Assembly: GCA_903939515.1 (NCBI GenBank)
Contig: CAJAHH010000123.1
Location: 29,106 to 93,105 of the forward strand
DNA length: 64,000 bases
Reading direction: 5' to 3'
Source of the DNA: an uncultured Verrucomicrobiota bacterium
Lineage (GTDB): Bacteria; Verrucomicrobiota; Verrucomicrobiia; Limisphaerales; UBA9464
The first letter of the stretch is position 1. Each line of letters begins with the position of its first letter. The notes beneath the pieces were generated by a model, which did not search any database, was not told the origin of the DNA, and saw nothing but the letters and a program-made list of their open reading frames with translations. Shown here one piece after another: positions 50,428 to 59,900 of this stretch. Position numbers and translations under genes: made by a program.

Positions 50428-51864
50428 TCAGGCCAGCAGCAGGGCGCGGCAGGCCTTCTCGAGCTTCTTAAGCTGGGCCGCTGACTTGGCCTCGATATAG
50501 CAGCGGATGAGGGGCTCGGTGCCGCTGGCGCGGAAGGCAACCCACTCGCGGTTTGGTAGTAAGAATTTGAAGCCGTCGGTGGTGATGAATTGCTCCACCT
50601 TGGACGTGCCGACCTGGTCGAGACCTGCGGCCAGTCGCTGGAGCAGGGCCTCTTTTTTGTCGGGCGGGATAGCCACATTGATGCGGGTGGTGTGGAACTC
50701 GCCGGTCTTTTTCTCCAGATCGGCCAGGATCTTCATCAGGGGCTTCTTTTCGGTGGCCACCAACTCAGCCATGAGCAGGCAGGCCAGGATTCCGTCCTTC
50801 TCGGGCACGTGACCTTTCACGCTGAGACCCCCGGACTCTTCGCCACCCACGATGATGGGTTCCGATTCCATCAGGGCTCCGATGAATTTGAAGCCCACCG
50901 GGGTCTCGTGAACGGGCACTCCCAACAGCTCGGCCACCGCATCGACCTGATGGCTGGTGGGAACCGTGCGCACCACCGCACCGGTCCAGCCGCGGTTCTT
51001 CTTCAGGTGATACAAGGCCAGGGCCAGCACTTGGTTCGGGGTGATCCAAGTGCCGTCGCGATCCACGATGCCGAAGCGGTCGGCGTCACCGTCGAGGCCT
51101 AAGCCCAGCGTCGCCTTGCCCGCCAGAATCGCCTCGCGGGCCGGTGCCATACCCTCGGCATTGGGTTCCGGATGATGTCCGCCGAAGCTGGGATTCAACG
51201 TGTCGTGGAACCGTAGGACCTTGGCCCCACCGTCTTCTTCGAGCAGCGTGTCGAGATAACCACGACCGGTGCCGTACATGAGTTCGACGGCGATCTTGAG
51301 CTTGGCCTTCTTGATGACCGCGAAGTTGATGTGTTTGCGGAGCTGCTTGAGGTAGGCCGGGGTCGGGTCGACCTCCTTGCAGCGAAACGAGCCGACCAAT
51401 CCGGCCTGGAAGGTCCAGCCCGATTCCTGACGGTGGCGGATGTGGCCTTCGATGCGGCCGGTGACTTCGGGCGGAGCGGCCGCTCCGTTGGACCCGCTGA
51501 ATTTGAGGCCCTGGTATTCGGCCGGGTTGTGGCTGGCGGTCATGTTGATACCGCCCAAGGCCTTGCGCACTCGAATCGCGTGGGCGATGACCGGGGTCGG
51601 AGCGTCGCGCTGGCAGAGCAAGGGAATCAGCCCGTTGGCGGCCAGCACCTCAGCCACGGCCAGGGAAAATTCGCGGCCCAGGAAACGGGTATCGTGACCG
51701 ATGATGACTTCCCGTTTTCGCGAAGAGCCGGCGTCTCCAGCCGATTTAATTTCCTCGAGCAAGTAGTCGGCAATGCCTTGCGCGGCGAACCGCACGTTCT
51801 CGAAGGTAAAGTCCCGGGCGATGAGCCCACGCCAACCGGAGGTGCCGAACTTGATCGAAGTCAC
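50428..51864 (-). CDS. Phosphoglucomutase/phosphomannomutase family (alpha-D-phosphohexomutase)
   Basis: FGTSGWRG, the active-site loop TASHNPAEYQGLKF, GLDGDADR and GGEESGG. Confidence 0.9.
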   Translation of the reverse strand: MTSIKFGTSGWRGLIARDFTFENVRFAAQGIADYLLEEIKSAGDAGSSRKREVIIGHDTRFLGREFSLAVAEVLAANGLIPLLCQRDAPTPVIAHAIRVRKALGGINMTASHNPAEYQGLKFSGSNGAAAPPEVTGRIEGHIRHRQESGWTFQAGLVGSFRCKEVDPTPAYLKQLRKHINFAVIKKAKLKIAVELMYGTGRGYLDTLLEEDGGAKVLRFHDTLNPSFGGHHPEPNAEGMAPAREAILAGKATLGLGLDGDADRFGIVDRDGTWITPNQVLALALYHLKKNRGWTGAVVRTVPTSHQVDAVAELLGVPVHETPVGFKFIGALMESEPIIVGGEESGGLSVKGHVPEKDGILACLLMAELVATEKKPLMKILADLEKKTGEFHTTRINVAIPPDKKEALLQRLAAGLDQVGTSKVEQFITTDGFKFLLPNREWVAFRASGTEPLIRCYIEAKSAAQLKKLEKACRALLLA

Positions 51865-52043
51865 CGGGGAGTTGTCGACCGCCAGCCCGAAGATTTCAAG
51901 CCGGCCGAGGCCTTTTCTTGAACTCGGCCTGCTTGTGAGGAGGGGTCATGGGGCCGTCTCCGGAGGGTCGGAGAAGCAGTGGAATCAGAGCCCTTCCATC
52001 CCAAGGAGTTGGCGGGTAAACATTTCGATTAGAGAGATATTCG

Positions 52044-52550
52044 ATGAACCTTCTTAAAACCCCGCTGCACCGTACTCTCAGACTTTTCTCGAAGAGGGGT
52101 TCTTCCCGAGGGTTTGCCGTCGTTCGTCATCTCTATCTGGTGATGGGGTTGTCCATGATCGGTTTGGCCGCAGTCACAATTTTCTTCTATGTGAAGACAC
52201 TGCTTGCCTCTGGAGCTTCGGTAGACCTGACCTTTCGTGCGGTTCCCATCGTTGTCGCTTTGGTGGTTTTTCTGTTGGGTATCGCTTTTGTCCGCTCGGC
52301 CCTGTCGCTCTTTCGGTTAGAGGGTTGGGAACAGGCGCTGGAGCCCGTAAGCTGGCCGGACTCGGATTCTGATTCGGGGGCAAATGCCCAAACCGCTGCC
52401 TCGGAACGGGTCAACAACGAGAAGCCTGCCCGGGAGGCCTATCAATGCACGGCTTGTGGAGCGCGAATTCAGGATGCATCCGAGGTTTCGCCTAAGGGCG
52501 ATACCCGATGCGCCTATTGCAACGTCTGGTTCAATATCCACCAGCAGTAA
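52044..52550 (+). CDS. Hypothetical membrane protein with C-terminal zinc-ribbon
   Basis: Two TM helices, then CTACGARI...(15 aa)...CAYCNVWF (CxxC...CxxC). Confidence 0.5.
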   Translation: MNLLKTPLHRTLRLFSKRGSSRGFAVVRHLYLVMGLSMIGLAAVTIFFYVKTLLASGASVDLTFRAVPIVVALVVFLLGIAFVRSALSLFRLEGWEQALEPVSWPDSDSDSGANAQTAASERVNNEKPAREAYQCTACGARIQDASEVSPKGDTRCAYCNVWFNIHQQ

Positions 52551-52603
52551 GGGGTGGATAATTTCACCGTGATGGAGCCTGTCGCAGAAAGACGATATCC
52601 TGT

Positions 52604-54259
52604 TTAAATCAAGTCGGGCTCGCCGGTCACGCGGACCTTGTCCTGAGACTGGATTCCGCCGGCTTTGAGACTTTGTTTCAGGTCGGCGTAGCCGGGGATG
52701 ATGCGGTTGAGTTGCTCTTGGCTGGCCCCGAGATGATCGCGGACGACCTTGCCCATCACCGAGCGGAAATCGGTGGCCCGTTGCAAGTAGCGGCCGGTGC
52801 TCTGGAACATCGAGCCAGTCATTCCGGTTTGCCAGGCCACCGGATCCGAAGGGCCGCAGTTGAAGACACCGCTGTGAGTCACCTTGCCGGTGGCGTCGGT
52901 GCGCAACCCCTTGATGCCGCCGCCGGCGACATACATCACGCTGGCCTCGGCGTGGTCGGTGCCGTTGTCCGAATTCTCAATGGTGGTGCGACCGAATTCC
53001 GACAAGGTCACAATGACCAGGTCATCCCAGCGGCACTGGTCGGCATACTGGCGGAAATACTGCCGGAGCGCGTAAATCGACCAACCGACCCGCTGCAACA
53101 AGTTCGCGTGGGCGCCGGTGGCTCCGCCTTGATTGCTGTGGGTATCCCAACCGTCGATTTGAGTGCCGGCCACCAAAGCGTCAGTTTTGTTGAGGACCAG
53201 TGCGGCCGACTTGAGTTGGTTGAAGTAGCCGTAGGCGGAGGTGGGGACCACGTAGCCCGGATTGGTTGCACCGGAAGGTCCGGCACCATTCTTCGCGTTG
53301 GTGGTCGGGAACAGCGAATAAGGTTTGTTGCCGTCCGAGTTTTGGTTGTCGACGAAGGTGTTGCCGGCCTCGCTGAAATCGATGCCAGCGAAGATTTCCA
53401 GCGTGCGTCGCATGTTCTCATATTGCTGCTGGAGCAGATCTCGGTTGGCTTTGTCGGGGAAGGTGGCTCCCGTGGCTGCCTGGAGTGCGCGGGCGGTCTT
53501 GAGATTGCCGTCGGCTGTATTGGGTACCCCGAGCAAATCGTAGCGGGTCGGGTCTGAAAGATTGGTCATCGCCGCGCGCGATCCCCGCAGGAGGAGTGGC
53601 AGCGAGTTCTGGAAGGAAACCCCAGTCAGCGAGTTCTTTCCCGGACGCCCTGATTCAACCATGGCTCGGTAGAGCAGGCCGTCTTTGACCATGTTGGTCC
53701 GGGGGGCACCGGTTTCCCAGTAAGATTGAGAATCGAAGTGGGAACGCGATTGTTGCGGATAGGCCACCCGGTGAATGAGTGCCAATTCGCCGGCATTGTA
53801 GACCGGGGTCAGGAATTTGAGAGCGGGATGCAGTCCGGCAAATCCATTGCCCAGCGGGAGCGAGTAGGGGTAGGCGAAGGTGGCTCCGTTAGTGCCCGCT
53901 TCCGGAAACAACGCTTTACCCTGCACATTCCAGCTTTGCGCGGGATCGACTGGGATGGCGATGTTGTCGCGGATTTTGGGGCCGTAGGCGTCGTCGCCGT
54001 GGGGGATGACGTTGTTGAGCCCGTCATTGGCCCCGCGCAGAAAGATGAAGAGCAGTTTCTTGACGCGACCATTGGTGCCGGGCTGTCCGAGCCCGCCTTC
54101 TGCGAGCGCCTTTTGGACGAAGAGTGGAACGTCGGTCAGCGAGCTCAGGGCGGCCGTAGCTGCCAGGCCGGTGGCGGTGCTGAAGAAGTTTCGGCGGGTG
54201 AGGATTTGGGGCGTGTTCATGGCGCGAGAGTTGGAGCGATTTTCAGTGCCGGACCTCAT
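52604..54259 (-). CDS. DUF1501 domain-containing protein, TAT signal (DUF1800-partnered subtype)
   Basis: TRRNFFSTATGLAATAAL, LLFIFLRGANDGLN, GWDTHSNQ and SEFGRT..GTDHAEA. AGGAA lies 3 nt before ATG 54259. Overlaps the DUF1800 stop by 4 nt. Confidence 0.85.
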   Translation of the reverse strand: MRSGTENRSNSRAMNTPQILTRRNFFSTATGLAATAALSSLTDVPLFVQKALAEGGLGQPGTNGRVKKLLFIFLRGANDGLNNVIPHGDDAYGPKIRDNIAIPVDPAQSWNVQGKALFPEAGTNGATFAYPYSLPLGNGFAGLHPALKFLTPVYNAGELALIHRVAYPQQSRSHFDSQSYWETGAPRTNMVKDGLLYRAMVESGRPGKNSLTGVSFQNSLPLLLRGSRAAMTNLSDPTRYDLLGVPNTADGNLKTARALQAATGATFPDKANRDLLQQQYENMRRTLEIFAGIDFSEAGNTFVDNQNSDGNKPYSLFPTTNAKNGAGPSGATNPGYVVPTSAYGYFNQLKSAALVLNKTDALVAGTQIDGWDTHSNQGGATGAHANLLQRVGWSIYALRQYFRQYADQCRWDDLVIVTLSEFGRTTIENSDNGTDHAEASVMYVAGGGIKGLRTDATGKVTHSGVFNCGPSDPVAWQTGMTGSMFQSTGRYLQRATDFRSVMGKVVRDHLGASQEQLNRIIPGYADLKQSLKAGGIQSQDKVRVTGEPDLI

Positions 54260-56865
54260 TGTTCCTGAAAACGGGGTGAACTCAGCAGTAGGGCGGCGAG
54301 GCCACGCACACGGGTGTCGTAGTCCTTGGTTCCGGGAACCAAGTTCGCGAACTCGGAGGGCGTGGTGCCGTTGTCGGTGGTGTTGAGAAACTGGATGCTC
54401 AGGGCCCGGTATTGGCTGAGGTTGGCGGATCCTTCTGAGGGAAATAGCAACCGGAGCAGGTAATCGGTGACCGCTTCGGCAGAACGGTTGGCTCCGTTGG
54501 TCAAGCGGAGCGCCAGCAGTGCTGAGGGATCGACCCGGCTTGAGCCCAGAGAATCGGGCGAGCTGCGGACGCCAGTGCCCGTCGCCAGGCCGGCGCCAGC
54601 CAGAGCCAACGACTGCACATAGCGCAAGCGCTCGCTGAGGGTGCCGGCACTAATCCAACCACCGGCGTCCTCCGCGTATCCGTCGGGTTCGGCCCGGTCG
54701 AAGAGGCGCATCCGGCCCGCCCGGTCGAGCAATCCACCGGAGGCCACGAGGCTGGGCGCGTCGGCGCTCGCAGTGAGAGATCCATCGGGTTTGGAGGCGC
54801 GGAAGGCTCTCAACGTGGAAGCAGCAAACTCCAAAGGAGTCTTCACCTTGGCGGCTGCCGTGTTGGGGTTGCGGAAGAGATCGCTCTTGAGGAGGACCCT
54901 CAGGACCTCACGCATCTGACCTTTGGGGCCCCCGTTTGTGGGGTTCTCCCAGGCCAGCATGCAGTCGTGGACCAGCGACTCTTCGGGCGAGGTCTCGGCA
55001 TCGGTAAAGTCGTAGCCATGGTGGAAATTGTCGTGCACCAGCAGGCGGCAAAGCTTCACCGAGAGGTATTCTTGGGCGAAGGGTTGATCGGCCATGTGCC
55101 GCACGATTTGGTAACCGTCTTGGATGCCGTTTGTGGTGGAACCGTTGCTGAGCTTCAGTCCGTACGGCCGCCCTGCCCACGGGGGACCAAACCGAGCAGG
55201 AACAGTTTTGGGCGAGTTGGTAAGGATGTTTCCTTTGGCATCCCGTTCGTAGAAGACCCACTTGATCCGGGGATCATGGCGATCGGTCCGGTAGCGGAAG
55301 GACCAAAGTCCCAACAGGTTTGTCACGCTGTTGCGCTCTGTGGCGTTGGTGAGCCCAGAGGTGATCATCGTGGTGGTCCGGGTTGCGAAGGGGTTCGCTG
55401 CCTGATTGGTGGCGAGGAGTTCGACCGTCCATCCGGTCCAAGCCCGGGAAATTTGTTCGATGTCGCCTTGCTCGTAGCCGTTGTCCACGCCGAAGGCGAA
55501 AAGTTCACACAATTCGCGCGCGTAATTTTCGTTGGCGATGCGGTTGGTCTTGGTGGTGCTGTCGTAGTCACCCCGGGACAGGACGGTGTCGAGGTAGATG
55601 ATCATGGCCGGACTTTCGACACTGATCTTCAGCAGGTCGTGGAAGGTGCATTGCGGATTCAGGAAGGCCCGCCGCCAGCGGAGGTTTTCTTTGAATTCCT
55701 GCCGGGTAGATTCGGGGCCCGACCAGGCATTGGGCAATCCGGCCCGGTCATCGAAGTAGGTGAAGCCTTTGGAGTATTCGGTGACAAAGTGGTTCTCCAG
55801 GAATTGCTGAAAAACCTCGGCCAATTGGCGTTGAGATTGAACTGCGTGGTGGACGTGCCAGGCGCGCAAGTCACCGATGGAGGCCGAACCCTCTTGGAGT
55901 CGGGCATAGTAGGGGATGGGCGATTCGGCGTCTCCCTGTAGCGGGACGGTCGCAACAATGCCGCTGCCGCTGAGCCGCACCGTCAGCTGTCGAGTCGAAG
56001 GCTGGGCTAGGTACCAGAAGCTCAGCGTGTAGGGCATCGAAGCGTTGAGTGTCGTGGGAATAGTCTGCACCACCGCGTCGGTCCCGGTGCTTCCAGCGGC
56101 ATTCAGAACGAGATGGAAGGAAGCATTACCTCCATGCACGTAGTCGGTGGTGCGGGCCGAATTGAGGGTGTTGGTGGTCGTGGTCCAGTTGGCGGTCGCC
56201 AGCGGTTGCTCGAAGTCGCCGTTAATAAGCAGATTGGCAGTGGTGCCGTTGTCGGTGGTGCCAGCGACCAGGCGGAAGTCGTCGAGGTAGGCGTCACCAG
56301 CACCGTTCAAGTACACGTAGAGTTTGGAGGAAGAGCCCGTGCCCGTGATAGTGACTTTCCTCCAAACCGGGTCGGTTTCGGTGGATTCGTCCAGGTTCTC
56401 TGAAATTTTCTCCGGCGCCAACTGCTCCTCGATGTAGGCGTCGGTGCCAAGGGTGGCGAGCCGATCCAGAGCGTCTGGGGTCGGACCGTAGGCGATGCGG
56501 TTGAGCAGGGTGCTGGCGCGGACTGTCTCGGCGGCCAGCGGTAAGGCTTCTAGGCGGTAGAAGCCGGAATCACCGGTTGCGGCCGCCTCGGCGGTCCACA
56601 CGGTGCCCAATTGTTTTCCAGCGAGGGGGCTGCCCGGCATCCCGAGCGTGGCGCTGGCGCGGACTTGGTATTCTGAGACTGAGGGGAGTAAGCGAAACTC
56701 GAGGGACGGACGCCCGTTGGTCCAATTCAGCGAGAGGATGTCGGGTGTCTCGGCAACCATCCGGACCCACCCCAATGCCATCCCGAGTATACACCCGATA
56801 TAAAACAGTTTCATGGTATCCAAAGCGGAGAGTAACGAGTCGAGAGCTAGCAGGTACAGGGCCAA
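54256..56865 (-). CDS. DUF1800 domain-containing protein with N-terminal carbohydrate-binding-like (CBM4/9-type) insert
   Basis: LLNRIAYGPTPDALD, NENYARELCELFAFG and LINGDFEQPLATANWTTTTN. An alternative start at ATG 56814 gives a signal-like MKLFYIGCILGMALG. Confidence 0.8.
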   Translation of the reverse strand: MALYLLALDSLLSALDTMKLFYIGCILGMALGWVRMVAETPDILSLNWTNGRPSLEFRLLPSVSEYQVRASATLGMPGSPLAGKQLGTVWTAEAAATGDSGFYRLEALPLAAETVRASTLLNRIAYGPTPDALDRLATLGTDAYIEEQLAPEKISENLDESTETDPVWRKVTITGTGSSSKLYVYLNGAGDAYLDDFRLVAGTTDNGTTANLLINGDFEQPLATANWTTTTNTLNSARTTDYVHGGNASFHLVLNAAGSTGTDAVVQTIPTTLNASMPYTLSFWYLAQPSTRQLTVRLSGSGIVATVPLQGDAESPIPYYARLQEGSASIGDLRAWHVHHAVQSQRQLAEVFQQFLENHFVTEYSKGFTYFDDRAGLPNAWSGPESTRQEFKENLRWRRAFLNPQCTFHDLLKISVESPAMIIYLDTVLSRGDYDSTTKTNRIANENYARELCELFAFGVDNGYEQGDIEQISRAWTGWTVELLATNQAANPFATRTTTMITSGLTNATERNSVTNLLGLWSFRYRTDRHDPRIKWVFYERDAKGNILTNSPKTVPARFGPPWAGRPYGLKLSNGSTTNGIQDGYQIVRHMADQPFAQEYLSVKLCRLLVHDNFHHGYDFTDAETSPEESLVHDCMLAWENPTNGGPKGQMREVLRVLLKSDLFRNPNTAAAKVKTPLEFAASTLRAFRASKPDGSLTASADAPSLVASGGLLDRAGRMRLFDRAEPDGYAEDAGGWISAGTLSERLRYVQSLALAGAGLATGTGVRSSPDSLGSSRVDPSALLALRLTNGANRSAEAVTDYLLRLLFPSEGSANLSQYRALSIQFLNTTDNGTTPSEFANLVPGTKDYDTRVRGLAALLLSSPRFQEQ

Positions 56866-56913
56866 CAGTTCCAGACCAAAACACGGGGTCCAAAAGGCAC
56901 GGATAAGGCGGGA

Positions 56914-59900
56914 TCAAGGGCTGGCATAGCTGGGAGCGGTCCACTGCCGATACCGGCCGGACCCGTTGGTTACGGTACCTAGCCCTCGAAGCCGGAAGAT
57001 TTTGCCGCTGGCACTGGATTCCAGGCGGAGTCGCGTGGTCTCCGGTGGGAGTTCTTGGACTTGTGTCCACAGGGCGGAGTCGTTGGCGGGGCCCGAATCG
57101 ATGCGGTATCCGCCGGGGGCCTCGGGCGAGGCGTTCCAGGTGAGTTCGGTGACGCCGGCTTGGTTTTTGGCTTTGAACGCCGATGGGGCCTGGAGGGGGT
57201 GTTCTAGCAAGCAGGGGTCCCCCAGCAAGTAGGTGAGTCGAGCATTCACCGAGCCGTTACGTTCGGCCGAATCGGTGAGCAGGGCGTGGACCGGTGCCCC
57301 GGCGTGCACACGGTCGGTGATCCAAGGCGCGAAGGCGTAAGCCGTGCCGGCCAGCAGCACCGAGTTCTCGGAGGCGAGGCAGGTTCGCAAGAAGTCTTCG
57401 CCATAGCCGCTGTACCACTGGCCGAGAAAGGAGCCGAAGGCGAAGAGGAAGGCGACCCGTGGGATATCTCCCGGCCGTTTCCAGGCGACATTCTTGGCGA
57501 AGTGACTGTGTCCGGGCTTGGCCGCCCCGGTCATACCCAAGACCCCGAAATGCGAGTAGTCGGTCTGGAAGCCCCAGCGAATGTTCGGTCCATCCTGGAA
57601 GAGGTCGGTATTCCAAGCCGCCGCCGTCAGAAGTTCTAATTGGCCCAAGCGTGGCGCGATGTGCACCAGATTCCGATCTACTAGAGCGCCCAAGACATTC
57701 GCGTATCCAATCGCCGAGTCTTGGAAAGGGAGCAGGCCGCGTCGATAACGTCCGACCTTGTCAAAGTATCGGTCCAGTAGGGCAACCTCGACTTCGAGGG
57801 CACTTTTTGGGTTTCCCTTAAGATCAGCAAATCGGCTGTCGAAGTGGGAGAGTCGAGCAAAGTCGATGCGCCCCAGCGGTACCTCGATGCGCCCGGCGCT
57901 GCCGTCGGGCTCTCGGGGGAGTTCGTTCTGGTCCCAGCGGCCATCGCCCGCCTCGTTGCCCAGGATGCAGTAGGCGCATTGGCTGCGCGGGCAATCCGGG
58001 CAGCCGGTCTTGAAGGATTGGGTGTCGGTCCAGGTTCCGGTGAGGTCGCCGTAGAAGAGGTCGGCCGGCCAGGCTCCCAGGTGGATGCCCGCCGGATCTT
58101 GGCAATTCACATGGCCATCTTCAGCGGCCCAACCGCTTTGGGGAATGGTGGGGTGCCCGATGAGCACCGCGACCTGGGTGCGCCCCGGATGGGCCTCGTA
58201 CTCGCGGCGGATGAGGGCCTTGATGGCTAGGAGATTGGCCTTGTTCCGCGGGAGCGCCTCAGCGTCGTAGCGTCGGCAGTCGAAGTCTTGCGGGTCGGCG
58301 TCCACGTGGCGCGGCACGCGGTGCTGGACGACTTCCCAGCCGTCGGCGATGAGGTCAGCCCGGTAGCGGGCCAAACTTCCGGTGAGGCGTTCAGCGAGGG
58401 TGTCATCTACGAGTAACAGGGCCCGGCCCCGGTCTGCTGGGGGTGGGGTGTCATGAGCCACGCAGAGTTCGAGTGGCGGCCGGCTGTTGCGTAAGACTCG
58501 GTAACCGTAGGTCTGCCCGGATCGTACGGTCGTGTCAGTAAAGACCGAGGTGCGGGCGTCGCGATCGATGATTTCCCAAGCAGTGGGATTGGGCCCCCAG
58601 GACTTCCGTGCGATGGGATAGAAGCCACCCTGATCGCCGTCGCCTTCCCAGTCGCGTTGGAAGGTGAGTCGGATGCCCGAGGCAAGAGACTCCCCGGAAA
58701 TTCGGTCGGTGTCGTCGGCCTCGAGCGGGCGATGATGGCTCCGGACGATGCCTTCCGGTGGGCCGGGGTGACCCAGGCTCCCGGGCAGCAGGTGGTTGCG
58801 CAGGAGGACCCGGTCTAGTCGGCCAAGCGCGGGGGATTGACCGTCGAGGGCGTTGCCCAGGCTGAAGGTGTTGAGCTCATTACGAGGGCTGGGCGGACGT
58901 GAGTGGGACTCCCGAGGGAGCTGCTCGAAGGTGTCGGCGGTGAAGGAGAGTTGGAAGGTCCAGTTGGTCCGTCCCGTGAAGGGGCGGGACTGAGTGGCCG
59001 ACCGGGGCAGCGGCGACCAGAGGGTTTGTTGGAAGTTCTCGGAGATCCGAGTGAGTGCCAGTCGGCGGCCCGAGGCATCGATGCTCACACGCAATCCCGG
59101 GGTCTCCAACAGGACGCAGTCGGCACCGGGAGCGTCGTTGGTCGCGCCATGGAACCAGTCGGGCGAGTAGTCGAGGGCGATCGATCCGTGGAGTGGCTGA
59201 AGATTGGTGCGGGTGACTCCGTCGCGGTTCCAGATCAGCGGGTAGAGCAGTACCTGCCCAGAACGGTGAAACCCCGCCGCGCTTCGGTCGAAGGAGGGTT
59301 CGCGCGAGGCCGAGGATCCGGGCAGGGGCATCGCGCCGTCCCCGGACTCGAAACGGTCGGTATCGAATCCGAAGGAAGCGAGAACGCGGGGCTGGGCGCT
59401 GAAGCGGTTTTCCGGATCGGTCCCGTCGAGTAATTCGTCCAAGTCGCTGCGCCCGTCCCCGTCCCGATCACCGCGGCCGGGGACTGGGCGTTTTTTTGGA
59501 GCGGCCGTCGATTGCGGCACCTCTGTTTCGCGCCTCAGCGAGCCCGACCCGATCCAGCGGAATCCTCGGGCTGGAGTTTCGTGAAGCACCGTCGCCGTCG
59601 CCACCGTCACCACAGCATTGCTGACGGTTGTTCCCTCAACCCAGTAGTCGATGGGCCAGTGGTGGAACCCCAGTTTGATAGGGTTGAGGCCCCCGGCTTC
59701 CGGCAGTGCTTGGTCCCGGATGGCACGGGGTGTCAGGTAGAGAGTTTGGGTGACGAGGGGTGGCAACAGTTCTGGGGGCAAGACGGTCATCGCTGGAAGA
59801 GCCACGGCCAATTCGGGGTCCAGCAGGCCGTGGCCGAACCCAGGGCGGATCCGACGGCTGCCCGGGGGCAGGTAGAGCGAGCCCGCGGCCTCAACAAAGG

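Noticed and set aside
52673-55941. + strand ORFs 52673..53557, 53726..54268 and 54967..55941
   Set aside because: They are antisense to the DUF1501 and DUF1800 genes and have shadow-ORF composition.
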